DNA of 39,242 bases from a virus (taxonomy: Duplodnaviria > Caudoviricetes), in the IMG/VR virus record IMGVR_UViG_3300016471_000088, positions 1-39,242 of that record. The stretch is one strand, 5' to 3'. The notes under the pieces were generated by a model that saw only the letters and a program-made list of their open reading frames with translations, ran no database searches and had not been told where the DNA came from. The translations under genes and the position numbers were made by a program. Of this stretch, positions 18,578-27,243 are shown one piece after another; the first letter of the stretch is position 1, and every line of letters begins with the position of its first letter.

Positions 18578-19152
18578 CAGAACCGAACGTAGAGGTTGTG
18601 CGGATTGCCCAGGCCGTTGGCCTGCAGCTGCGCGGCCTGTTCGCGCTTCACCTGCGCCTTCAGACTAGATTCCAGCGTCAGCAGGTCCGTCAGCTCCATC
18701 TTCTTGAGCCGCCGGTTGCCGATCGTGTACTCGGCGACAGCGCCGCCCGAGATCATCGCGCGGATCGCCGCCTGCACCGCATCCAGATCGATCTGCGCCT
18801 GGCTGCGATCATCAACCGCCGCAGGCGTGCCCGTGTAGTACAGGTTTTCGTCTACCTGAAACTGGCCTGATCCAAGCGTGATCTTTTCGCCGGCCTTGCT
18901 CGCGACCGCTTGCCAGAAGCCAGTGTCGTCGGCATGAAAGCCGTCAGTTGTTGCCGAGCTGAGCGTGAACTCCCACCCAGTTCCATACGCTGTGCCCACA
19001 GCCGTTGCGCCGTGGTTGTTGCGGTTGAAGCGGATGTAGTACGTCAGCGCCCAGCCGCCACCGCTACTGATCGCGTTGCCCAGCGTGTCCGTGCTGGCGA
19101 CATCACGCCACTTCACCGTGTCGCCTCGTCGGATCGTCGCAGGAATGTTCAC
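18577..19152 (-). CDS. Head completion / adaptor protein (gpW-like C-terminus) with N-terminal domain
   Basis: Between TerL and portal; LDAVQAAI...VAEYTIGNRRL...L. Confidence 0.7.
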   Translation of the reverse strand: MNIPATIRRGDTVKWRDVASTDTLGNAISSGGGWALTYYIRFNRNNHGATAVGTAYGTGWEFTLSSATTDGFHADDTGFWQAVASKAGEKITLGSGQFQVDENLYYTGTPAAVDDRSQAQIDLDAVQAAIRAMISGGAVAEYTIGNRRLKKMELTDLLTLESSLKAQVKREQAAQLQANGLGNPHNLYVRF

Positions 19153-19155
19153 GGC

Positions 19156-21030
19156 TCACCAGTTGCGGACGAACGCCGACGCCGCGGCTTCTCCCGATCT
19201 TAGGCGCGCCTTGCGTGGCTCCGCATCACCATTCTGCAGGCGTTTTTCCAGCTGGTCCCAGATCGTTCTGCGGTCGTACCGCTGGTAGAGGCGATGTACC
19301 GCCGCGTACGCATACACCAGGCAATCCAGCGCCTCATTCCTTGCGCTTGGTTTCTTCACCCATTCCCTCACCGGGAAACCCTTCACGTACCGCAGCGCCT
19401 GTTTCTCTGCCGTCAGCTGCTCGAAATACTCGCTGCCGGTCTGCGCATGGAAGTGCAGATACCCTCCGCCCACATCGTTGTGCTTCAGCCGTCCGAACAG
19501 TGTCGTCTTGATCGTGTCGCCGCCCACCGGGAACACCTGCGCCCCGCGCTTAAGCGTCCGCCCCTTTGCAGTGAGATCCACCTTGCTTGCCTTGCCGATT
19601 GGCGGTTTGCCCTTTTGGCTCTGACCCTTGATCGCGATCACGCCCTGCGCCACACGCTCGCGCGCGTACTGATACACCTCCGCGGTCGCGTGGCCGCCAG
19701 AGTCCACGCAGGTCACATCCGCCCGCAGCTTGCCGCCGCCAACGTGCTCCCATTCATGCAGCACCAACACGTCCAGCTGCTTCCACACCTCCGCCTGACA
19801 CGGATCGCCGTAGATCTCCTGGTGGTCAATCAGCCAGCCCTCCTCATCGCGCCCCCACGCCCACACGCTCACCGCCAAGCGATCGCCAGCTGATCCGCCA
19901 CCACCCTGCACGTCCACGCCGATCGTGACCGCCAGCGCGCCCTCAGGCAGCTTGCCCGGCGCATACGGCTCACACCGTTGCAGCAGCGCATCGGCGCTCA
20001 CCTTGCTCGCGAAGTCCTCCTCCCACGTCTCCGCCAGGCGCGTGTTTACAAACGACTTCAGCATCGGCGCATCAGCCTTTGCCCGCAGGAAGTCGTCCAC
20101 CATGTCCGCCCAGCTCAGCCAGCCCAGCGGGCTGTAGAGCCCCGACAGCTGAAAGCCAGCCGTCTTGCCGTCGCTCGGTGCTGTCGCGCGCCACTCGCCA
20201 CGCCGCAGCATCGCTGGCTTGTGGATCTCAGCAAATCGCTCGCGGCAGTGCTCGCACTCGTAGACCGCCGTGGCTGGGTCGTTGTTCTCCCACTTCAGCT
20301 GCGGCCATTTCAGCCACTGCATCTCCGAGCAGCTGGGGCACGGCACATAGAACCGCCGCTGGTCGCTGCGCTGATACTCCGCCTCGATCCGGCTGAAGTC
20401 CTTCACCGTCGGCGTCGAGGTGAGCAGGATCTTGCGCCGCGCGAACGTGGTTGCCCGCTTCTCCGCCAGGCTCACCGGGTCACCCTCGCCGTCCACGTCT
20501 GCAGGGAAGGCGTCAATCTCGTCCATGAAGATGTAGCGGCACGGCGTTGAGCGCAGGCCAGTCGCGCTGTTTGCCCCGGTGAGGAGGAGCAAACCGCCCG
20601 GATACTCTTTCGAAAACATCGTGTTGCCCGAGTCGCGGCTGCGCGCTGGCGCAATCTTGGCCGCCAGGCACGGGGTTTCGTTGATCAGGGTCTCGAGCCG
20701 CTGTTTGCTGAGGCGCTTGGCCATCTCGACCGTGGGCTGGACAGCGAGCAGGGGACCGGGCGCATGGTCGATGGTGTATCCAAGCCAGTTGCTGCCCGCC
20801 TCGGTCTTGCCCGTTTGCGCCGCAAACATCATCACCACCCGCTGCACCGGGCTGTTGCTGCTCAGGCAATCCATCGGCTCGCGCAGGTATGGCGTGCGCC
20901 CCGTGCGCCACGGTCCAGGCTCCGCGCTTGCCTTGCTGCTCAGCCGCCTGTGCCGGTCCGCCCACTCGCTCACCGTTAGCGCCTGCTCAGGCCGCAGTCC
21001 CTCCAGGAACGCCGTGCGCCAGGTGCTCAT
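19156..21030 (-). CDS. Terminase large subunit, lambda GpA family
   Basis: RTPYLREPMD, Walker A AQTGKTE, YIFMDEID, STPT, CPSC/CEHC, GVDVQ, RNEALDCLVYA. Confidence 0.97.
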   Translation of the reverse strand: MSTWRTAFLEGLRPEQALTVSEWADRHRRLSSKASAEPGPWRTGRTPYLREPMDCLSSNSPVQRVVMMFAAQTGKTEAGSNWLGYTIDHAPGPLLAVQPTVEMAKRLSKQRLETLINETPCLAAKIAPARSRDSGNTMFSKEYPGGLLLLTGANSATGLRSTPCRYIFMDEIDAFPADVDGEGDPVSLAEKRATTFARRKILLTSTPTVKDFSRIEAEYQRSDQRRFYVPCPSCSEMQWLKWPQLKWENNDPATAVYECEHCRERFAEIHKPAMLRRGEWRATAPSDGKTAGFQLSGLYSPLGWLSWADMVDDFLRAKADAPMLKSFVNTRLAETWEEDFASKVSADALLQRCEPYAPGKLPEGALAVTIGVDVQGGGGSAGDRLAVSVWAWGRDEEGWLIDHQEIYGDPCQAEVWKQLDVLVLHEWEHVGGGKLRADVTCVDSGGHATAEVYQYARERVAQGVIAIKGQSQKGKPPIGKASKVDLTAKGRTLKRGAQVFPVGGDTIKTTLFGRLKHNDVGGGYLHFHAQTGSEYFEQLTAEKQALRYVKGFPVREWVKKPSARNEALDCLVYAYAAVHRLYQRYDRRTIWDQLEKRLQNGDAEPRKARLRSGEAAASAFVRNW

Positions 21031-21569
21031 CGGTCCACCTCCGCCAGCGCCAGCAACGCGTCGCGGTGCTCATCGCTCAGCAGCTGGTGGATCACCGCAG
21101 GATCGGTTTCACCGGCCAGCTGGTGGCTCAGCCGGTCGGCCAGGTTGGCCAGCGCCTCCCTGATGCTGCGCCCAATCTGAAACGCTTCCTTCTTCACCTC
21201 ATCGGCCGGCACCAGCTCCTTTCGCTGCTGCGCCACTTGCAGCTTTGCCAGCTCCGCCTGGTAATGCTCGCGCCGCGCACGGCTTTCGTTCAGCTCCGGG
21301 ATCGCGTCATCGGGCAGTGCCTCGATCTGCCGGCGCAGTTCCCGCGCATCCTTCGGCGGTGGTGCTTCCACCGGGTCCGGGTGGCTCACCTTTGCGTTGT
21401 AGGTGGCCTTGGTGTTCCGGTTCCACAGCTCCAGCGCCATGTCCCGATCGAGCCAGCGCTTGCCATCCTTCTCGACAACGGCCGCGGCGATCCTGGACTT
21501 CGTTGCAGCGGTCACAGTGCCCTTAGCGCAGCCTTTGAGCGCCGCAAACTCGCTAAACGTGACCAGCAA
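21027..21569 (-). CDS. Terminase small subunit (probable TTG start at 21569; ORF open to 21650)
   Basis: N-terminal HTH-like segment (TFSEFAALKGCAKGTVT), ESRARREHYQAELAKL, ELVPADEV; overlaps the TerL start; AGAGG upstream of the TTG. Confidence 0.85.
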   Translation of the reverse strand: MLVTFSEFAALKGCAKGTVTAATKSRIAAAVVEKDGKRWLDRDMALELWNRNTKATYNAKVSHPDPVEAPPPKDARELRRQIEALPDDAIPELNESRARREHYQAELAKLQVAQQRKELVPADEVKKEAFQIGRSIREALANLADRLSHQLAGETDPAVIHQLLSDEHRDALLALAEVDR

Positions 21570-21683
21570 GCTGTTGCTGCCTCTTAGTTCAACACAATGG
21601 TATTGAACTATTGAACTCTCAAACGGGGTGGGGAGGCTATGCCCTTCCACTTACCGCTTTTTCCCGTTTGATAGTGATTCTCA

Positions 21684-21744
21684 CTAGCGCTAGCCCTAGC
21701 GCGCTGTCGCGAAACACCCGCGGCCAAAGCCAGGGGGAGGACCC
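21684..21744 (-). promoter_or_regulatory. Candidate cos/packaging site
   Basis: Minus strand GGGTCCT (same as lambda cosQ) then CGCGGGTGTTTCGCG (cf. lambda CGCGGGTTTTCGC at the cosN right flank); CTAGCGCTAG palindrome; upstream of terS. Confidence 0.5.
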
Positions 21745-21771
21745 GCCAAATCGACTGCGCCGCAGGGGATC

Positions 21772-22485
21772 TCAGCGACCCCCCAGTCTGCGCGCCACCT
21801 CAGCGTCGAAGGCAGCGGACAGCTGAGCCCGCCAGGCAGCAGCGAAGCCCTGCTCGAGCACCTGCCGCACGGGGAACTGCGCGCGCCTGGTCTTCGGGTT
21901 GGGGTCGATGGTGAACACCCGCCGGGTTTGCGTGCCGCCGCGGCCTGCTCGAGCGAACACCGCCTGCGTGTTGCTGCCGGGCTTGACCGGGGCGATGAAG
22001 TATTTGTCGCCGCCCTGGCGCGCAGAGCCGAGCACCTTGGCGTAGGCGCTGACGGTGTAGTTCCCTGCGTCGGTCTTGCGCAGCGGGCTGTTCTTGGCCG
22101 GCACCAGCACGGCGCCTGGCGCTTCACGGGCGATCTTGGTGGCCGAGAGATCCACGCCCTTGAGCTTCGGAGTGGTGCCCTTGACGATCGGCTGCAAGTA
22201 CTTGCCGGCCGGGTTGCCGCGGCCTTGCTTGTCTTGCCTGAAGCCCACCTCGGCGGTGAGGTTATCAGCGCGAGCAAAGCGCACGTACGTGCCGCCCAGC
22301 GTCCAGCGGGTGGGGTTGTCGATGTAGCGGGGGGTGGCCTGCTTGAGCTGCTGCTGAGCGGCCTGTGCAGCGCCTGTGAGCGCCTTAGCGGCCACGAAGC
22401 GCAGGTTGCGATCGGTCAGCAGCCGCACGCGCTTGTCGAGCGCCTGGAGCGCCTCAGCGTCGAAGTCGATGCGGATCGTGGCCAT
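21772..22485 (-). CDS. Basic virion morphogenesis protein (gpZ/tail-completion-like)
   Basis: Start MATIRIDFD; RFVAAKALT..A...YIDNPTRWT, KYLQPIVKG; Arg/Lys-rich. Confidence 0.55.
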   Translation of the reverse strand: MATIRIDFDAEALQALDKRVRLLTDRNLRFVAAKALTGAAQAAQQQLKQATPRYIDNPTRWTLGGTYVRFARADNLTAEVGFRQDKQGRGNPAGKYLQPIVKGTTPKLKGVDLSATKIAREAPGAVLVPAKNSPLRKTDAGNYTVSAYAKVLGSARQGGDKYFIAPVKPGSNTQAVFARAGRGGTQTRRVFTIDPNPKTRRAQFPVRQVLEQGFAAAWRAQLSAAFDAEVARRLGGR

Positions 22486-22555
22486 GAGCCAAGGGTAGGC
22501 AGAGCCGCGAGGCCTCACCAGCACAGAGCCGTGAGCCTGCGGGAGCTGCAACGGT

Positions 22556-22824
22556 TGTTACGGGGGTGTTACAGGTTGCGTAACACCGAGAATCGTTCGG
22601 GCGCAGTGGCTTAGCCGCCCCTGTAACGCTGTAACACCTATTTTCCTAAATAGAGATTTATTTATAAGGGGGTGAGAGGGTGTGTGTGTGCGCGCATCTG
22701 TGTGTGTGTGTGAGAGAGGCTATGTTCTGGAAAAAGCGTAACAGCGTAACAAGATCCCCTAATCGCTTGCAGCGCAACGGATTTCAGCTGTTACAGCCCC
22801 TGTCACAAGTCCGTTATTTGTAAC
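22556..22824. repeat. Candidate replication origin: GTAAC(A)/(T)GTTAC iteron-like copies around an AT-rich and (GT)n core
   Basis: Copies near 22556, 22567, 22580, 22623, 22631, 22738, 22746, 22789 and 22820; non-coding; at the 3' end of the primase-helicase. Confidence 0.65.
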
Positions 22825-25319
22825 GCCACAGCCCTGGAAACGGCTCCGCAGCCCCTGAAACGGGTCGGTCCGGCCTTGCTTGCGCCCTTCAGTCTGGAGA
22901 GCAGCGTGCCCCAGCTGTGCGACCACTGCGTGTCACGGAGGATGGCCGCGATCGCCTCGGCGGTGTTGCTGACGAACAGCAGCATGGCCTCCTGATCGAC
23001 CTTGAGCCCATGGCGCTCGAGGGTCTTGCCGGCCTGGTTTGGCGACACAACCGGATCGACGGAGTGATGCACGGCGATCTCCACCAGCTCACCGATGGTG
23101 CGGGTGCAGGTTTTGTCGTCGGCCTCGACCCGGACCTGATGCTGGAGGATGCGCTGAATGCACCGCTGCTCATCAGGCACCTCAGTGGTCTGGCTGTAGG
23201 GTTCCCAGTCGTTCTGCTGGATCAGAGCGCGCGCCTCCTGCTCGGTGGGCACCTGGCTGCTCATCAGCGAGTAAGCGCCAGCCAGCAGAGTGCCGTATTG
23301 ATCGCCGAGGCGCTGAGAGTCGAAATGCTCTGCGGCGATGCGGGTGAACACGCGCACCGATTGCCGGATGGTTGGGATCAGCAGCAGGGTGCGGGCGATG
23401 AGCCGCAGGGCGCTGTCGTTGGTGATGTAGCGATCGAGATCACGGTCGAGCGCCTCCCAGTGCTGCAGGCGTTGCTCCTTGGGCAGCTCATTTGGTGAGC
23501 GCAAGGTAAGCTGCGCGAATCGGCTGCGGTCAGCGCCCTGCTTGAGCGCGGTGGCGATCGAGCTCATCAGGAACATCGAGCGGATGTTGAACCGGGTCAC
23601 ATCACCGCCGGGGCTGCCCTTAAGCATGGTGGCGTGCGATTCGGAGCTGGCCACGCGCGCCAGGGCAAGGATGTTTTGCATCCGCACCTGGTCGGCCTTT
23701 TCGTTGCTTTCGGCCTCATCGAACACGACCGGCAGGGCATCACAGCGCAGCGTCTGGCGCAGGCCGGCCTCGGTGGTGTTGCCGGCCACGATCAGCCCCA
23801 TGTCAGCCAGCAGCGGAGCGACATAACGATCGAGGATGGCCGACTTGCCGGATCCAGCTGCAGCAGTGAGCCAAGCGTGTGGCCTCCAGGGCAGCGCACC
23901 GCAAATCGGCGCAAGGGTGACCCAACCGGCCAGCAGCAGGCCTGAGGCCGGCACCTCCCAGTGGAAGCGCTCGGCCAGCTCGCAGATCACCAGCGCCTCA
24001 GCGTCTGTGAGCGGCGTGGCTTTGCCCGGTCCCTGCAGCTCCGACATGCGCTGGTAGAGATAGGCGGAATCAAACGGCTTGAGCACGGGATGGCGCTTTC
24101 CGTTGACGATCAGCTGATCGCCGAGGTGCAGCACTGTGCGCTTGTCATCCCACCAAGCGCCGCGGCCACGGATGCGATCGGGGTTGTAGACGCCGCGGTC
24201 TGCGTTGATGGAAAACAGCAGAGCAGCGGCTGAGGTCCAATCAACGCCGCCTCGATCGGTGCCAGCGATCTGCTTCCAGTAGTCGAGGGGCGCTAGGGCG
24301 ACCAGGTTGGTGGCAGTGTGCGCCGAGCGCGTCAGGCGCATGATCTGGCCTGTACTGTGCGGCTGGTAGTAGTAGGCATCGCCATCGAACCCCAGGCAGG
24401 TGTAGTGACCGTTGGCGTCGAGATCCTCGAGGTCGGGTTCATCATCGGTCTCGGATTCGGGCTCTGCCGTCAACTCCGGCTGCTGGGGTTCAGGATCGAG
24501 CTCAAGCGGCTGCGAGATGTTGGCCTTGATGTAGGCCGCGGCCTCCTCAGGCGTCCAGGTGGCATCAGCTAGATCCCAGCCCTCGGGCACATCAGCTGGC
24601 GGGGCGACCATCTGAACGCGATCGACAGGCAGGCGCAGCAGCAGCTGCGCAAGCTGTTCCATGGCCTGCTGGCCTGGCTGATCGGCATCAGGCCAGAGGA
24701 TGACGCGCCGGCCGGCCAGTGGTGCCCAGTCGGCCTTGCTGATGGCCTTGCAGCCTGACGGCCAAGTGGTGACCACCGCGCGGGGATAGAGACGTGCAGC
24801 GGCGTCGGCTGTTTTCTCGCCCTCGACCACCAGCACAGTGCCAGTGCGGGTGCGCAGCTGCTCGAGGTTGAGCAACGGCCGAGGCGCTGGCAGTGCCTTC
24901 CATTCCCAGCGGCTGCCGGACCACCAAAGCGGGCGGATTTTCTTGCCAGGGAAGCGGCAAACCAGAAACGTGTCGCTGTAGCGCCACACGGACTCGGCAC
25001 CCTTGCTAGGCGGCTCAGGCCGTTGCGGCGCGATGCCCAGGTGATGCTCGACGCGCAGGGCGGCCTCGGCAAAGGACCAGCCGGTGCGACGCATCAGCAG
25101 ATCGATGCCATTACCAGCGCCACCGGATTGCGAGGGACCGCCGCACTTGTTGCAAAACCAGGAGCCTGTGCCGTTCTGATTATCAAAGCGATAACGATCC
25201 TTCCCGCCGCAAAGCGGACAGGGCTGGTGTTTGTCGGTGAGCTGGTCTGCGCTCAGGCCTCCTAGGGCGCTGAGAATTGCAGGCCAGTGGCCGCGCGCAG
25301 ATTCAAGTAATTTGGTCAT
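22803..25319 (-). CDS. DNA primase-helicase (P4-alpha-type Zn finger + Toprim + NTPase)
   Basis: Start trimmed to MTKLLE. CPLCGGKDRYRF...WFCNKCG; VVEGEKTADA...WPDAD Toprim; AGSGKS Walker A; VVFDEAE Walker B. Confidence 0.92.
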   Translation of the reverse strand: MTKLLESARGHWPAILSALGGLSADQLTDKHQPCPLCGGKDRYRFDNQNGTGSWFCNKCGGPSQSGGAGNGIDLLMRRTGWSFAEAALRVEHHLGIAPQRPEPPSKGAESVWRYSDTFLVCRFPGKKIRPLWWSGSRWEWKALPAPRPLLNLEQLRTRTGTVLVVEGEKTADAAARLYPRAVVTTWPSGCKAISKADWAPLAGRRVILWPDADQPGQQAMEQLAQLLLRLPVDRVQMVAPPADVPEGWDLADATWTPEEAAAYIKANISQPLELDPEPQQPELTAEPESETDDEPDLEDLDANGHYTCLGFDGDAYYYQPHSTGQIMRLTRSAHTATNLVALAPLDYWKQIAGTDRGGVDWTSAAALLFSINADRGVYNPDRIRGRGAWWDDKRTVLHLGDQLIVNGKRHPVLKPFDSAYLYQRMSELQGPGKATPLTDAEALVICELAERFHWEVPASGLLLAGWVTLAPICGALPWRPHAWLTAAAGSGKSAILDRYVAPLLADMGLIVAGNTTEAGLRQTLRCDALPVVFDEAESNEKADQVRMQNILALARVASSESHATMLKGSPGGDVTRFNIRSMFLMSSIATALKQGADRSRFAQLTLRSPNELPKEQRLQHWEALDRDLDRYITNDSALRLIARTLLLIPTIRQSVRVFTRIAAEHFDSQRLGDQYGTLLAGAYSLMSSQVPTEQEARALIQQNDWEPYSQTTEVPDEQRCIQRILQHQVRVEADDKTCTRTIGELVEIAVHHSVDPVVSPNQAGKTLERHGLKVDQEAMLLFVSNTAEAIAAILRDTQWSHSWGTLLSRLKGASKAGPTRFRGCGAVSRAVALQITDL

Positions 25320-25345
25320 GTCTGCAGGTAGTGGCTGTGGACCGC

Positions 25346-25381
25346 GGCCGGGGTGTTCGCAGCACCGCCGGCCAATTTTTT
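25346..25381 (+). terminator. Hairpin + T-tract in the primase leader (terminator-like on the + strand)
   Basis: GGCCGGGGTG-TTCGCAG-CACCGCCGGCC-AATTTTTT. Confidence 0.45.
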
Positions 25382-25392
25382 CGCCAGGTGCA

Positions 25393-25752
25393 TTATGGGG
25401 TGCCTTTAGCGATGCGCAGGGCATCTGAAACAGACCTTGCCACGCCAGCGATGCCACCTGCGGCGCGAACGGCCTCAAGCCAGTTGTGCTGCTGCGGCGT
25501 GAGGCGGCCGGTGGAGGTCTTCACCTCGATCGAGAGGAACACGGCGACGCGCTGGCCGACCATCTCGGGGGTGACGGTGACGGTGCGCCAGCCGATGAGA
25601 TCAGCAGAGCTGCGGGCGAGGCCGAACTGAACGGGGCGGCCGGTGCGTGGATCGGGGAGGCTGCCGACCTGATTCCTAAAGATCCGCAAATTAGGAGATG
25701 TGCCGAGCGCCAAGCGGATGCGCTGTTGCAGATCAGTCTCGGCGTTGGCCAT
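25393..25752 (-). CDS. VRR-NUC family nuclease
   Basis: ETDLQQRI, FRNQVG, SADLIG, IEVKTSTGRLTPQQHNWL...GGIAGVARS. Confidence 0.9.
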   Translation of the reverse strand: MANAETDLQQRIRLALGTSPNLRIFRNQVGSLPDPRTGRPVQFGLARSSADLIGWRTVTVTPEMVGQRVAVFLSIEVKTSTGRLTPQQHNWLEAVRAAGGIAGVARSVSDALRIAKGTP

Positions 25753-25753
25753 G

Positions 25754-27139
25754 TCAGGCGGATCGGCTGCGCGCATTGTGGACCTTGTAAGCCCAGGCGG
25801 GGCTGTAGCCGCGCTGTTTGGCGATCGCCATCAGCTCAGGGAGAGTGCGTGCAGCGCCCTGCTGGCGGCGATCACGGATGCGTGCGCGCTCGACGGCCTG
25901 GCGGGTGAGCTCCTGGAGCTCGCCTTCGCGCTGCTTGATCTCGCGCGCGGACGGCTGTGCGATGGCACCACACATGGGGCAGATCGGCTGCGGCTTGAAC
26001 GCGGCGAAGCAGGTTGAGCAGGTGCGAACGCTGGGGGCTGGCGCGCCATTGCCGCCGCGGCCACGCTTGCGGGCATCGTCCAGGCTCCACTGGCGGTGAT
26101 CGTCGGGGAACCCGTGGCGATGCACATTGCCAACATGGTCGAGGATGATTGCCCACTTTTTGTCAACAGCAGGCCGCAACACCCGGCCGACCTGTTGCAG
26201 GTAAAGGCCTTCTGATTGCGTGGGACGCAACAGGATCGCCGCGCCGACTGATGGCACGTCGGTGCCCTCGCTGATCACGTCCACGCTCACCAAAACCTGC
26301 AGTGAGCCGCCGCCAAGTGCTGCAATGAGCTGCTCGCGCTGCTCGACCGGCGTGGTGCCGAGGATGGTCTGCGCGGTGATGCCGGCGGCGCGGAACTGGC
26401 TGGCGACATGCTCGGCGTGCGCTGCAGTGCAGCAGAACGCGATGGCGCTCTGGCCTATGGCGTGGCGGCGATAGTGGGCGATGGCGTCGCCGGTGATGCT
26501 GGGGCGATCAAGCGCTTCGGCCGCGGCGATGTTGTCAAAATCACCACTGCGGGTTGGCAAAGAATCGAGTCCAACGGCCAAAGCCGGCGCATAAATTCGG
26601 AAGCTCGACAGGTGCTGCTCCTCGATCAATTTGGCGACCGACGGACCCAGCACCAGCTGGTCAAACATGGCTCCCAGGCCGCGGCCATCACGGCGCACCG
26701 GGGTGGCTGTGACGCCGAGGCGATAGGCGTCAGGCCAGTGGCTGAGCACCCGTGACCAGGTGCCGGCGACGGCGTGGTGCGCTTCATCGATCACGATCAG
26801 GTCGGGCTGCCATGCCTGGCGCTCGAGGCGGCGCGCGAGCGTTTGCACCGATGCGACCTGGACAGGATTGCTGGACGGCTCAAAGCCGGCAGCGATGACG
26901 CCGTGATTGACGCCAGCCATGGCGAGCTTGGCGCTGGCTTGTCGGATCAGCTCACGCCGGTGGACCAGGATCAGCACGCGACGGCCACGAGCAACGGCGC
27001 TCTGCGTGATGGCGGAGAACATGACCGTCTTGCCGCTGCCGGTGGGGGCAACAAGCAAGGGAGCGCGTGCGCCTGAACGGAACGCAGCACGCAGGTCTGC
27101 GACCGCTTGGGACTGGTAGGGGCGGAGTGTGAGCTGCAT
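25754..27139 (-). CDS. Superfamily 2 DEAH helicase with C-terminal Zn ribbon
   Basis: LRPYQ, APTGSGKT, IDEAHH, TATP, EGTDVP, QQVGRVLR, CSTC/CPMC. Confidence 0.95.
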   Translation of the reverse strand: MQLTLRPYQSQAVADLRAAFRSGARAPLLVAPTGSGKTVMFSAITQSAVARGRRVLILVHRRELIRQASAKLAMAGVNHGVIAAGFEPSSNPVQVASVQTLARRLERQAWQPDLIVIDEAHHAVAGTWSRVLSHWPDAYRLGVTATPVRRDGRGLGAMFDQLVLGPSVAKLIEEQHLSSFRIYAPALAVGLDSLPTRSGDFDNIAAAEALDRPSITGDAIAHYRRHAIGQSAIAFCCTAAHAEHVASQFRAAGITAQTILGTTPVEQREQLIAALGGGSLQVLVSVDVISEGTDVPSVGAAILLRPTQSEGLYLQQVGRVLRPAVDKKWAIILDHVGNVHRHGFPDDHRQWSLDDARKRGRGGNGAPAPSVRTCSTCFAAFKPQPICPMCGAIAQPSAREIKQREGELQELTRQAVERARIRDRRQQGAARTLPELMAIAKQRGYSPAWAYKVHNARSRSA

Positions 27140-27243
27140 GGGCTTGACCGGACCGTGGCGGAAGGCATACACGGAGGAGCCCGCGGAAACTAGCGTCTTT
27201 TCAATGACTTAGCGGGAAACAGAATGAGACTGAGGGAGAAACG

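Noticed and set aside
14797-18592. Long + strand ORFs (14797..16431, 16913..18592; likewise 7717..8994, 11326..12168, 4154..4987)
   Set aside because: Antisense shadows of well-supported GC-rich minus-strand genes; no recognisable motifs.
22556-22824. CRISPR or mini-array
   Set aside because: Repeats are 5-6 bp, in mixed orientation and irregularly spaced; no 25-40 bp repeat-spacer units and no cas genes.
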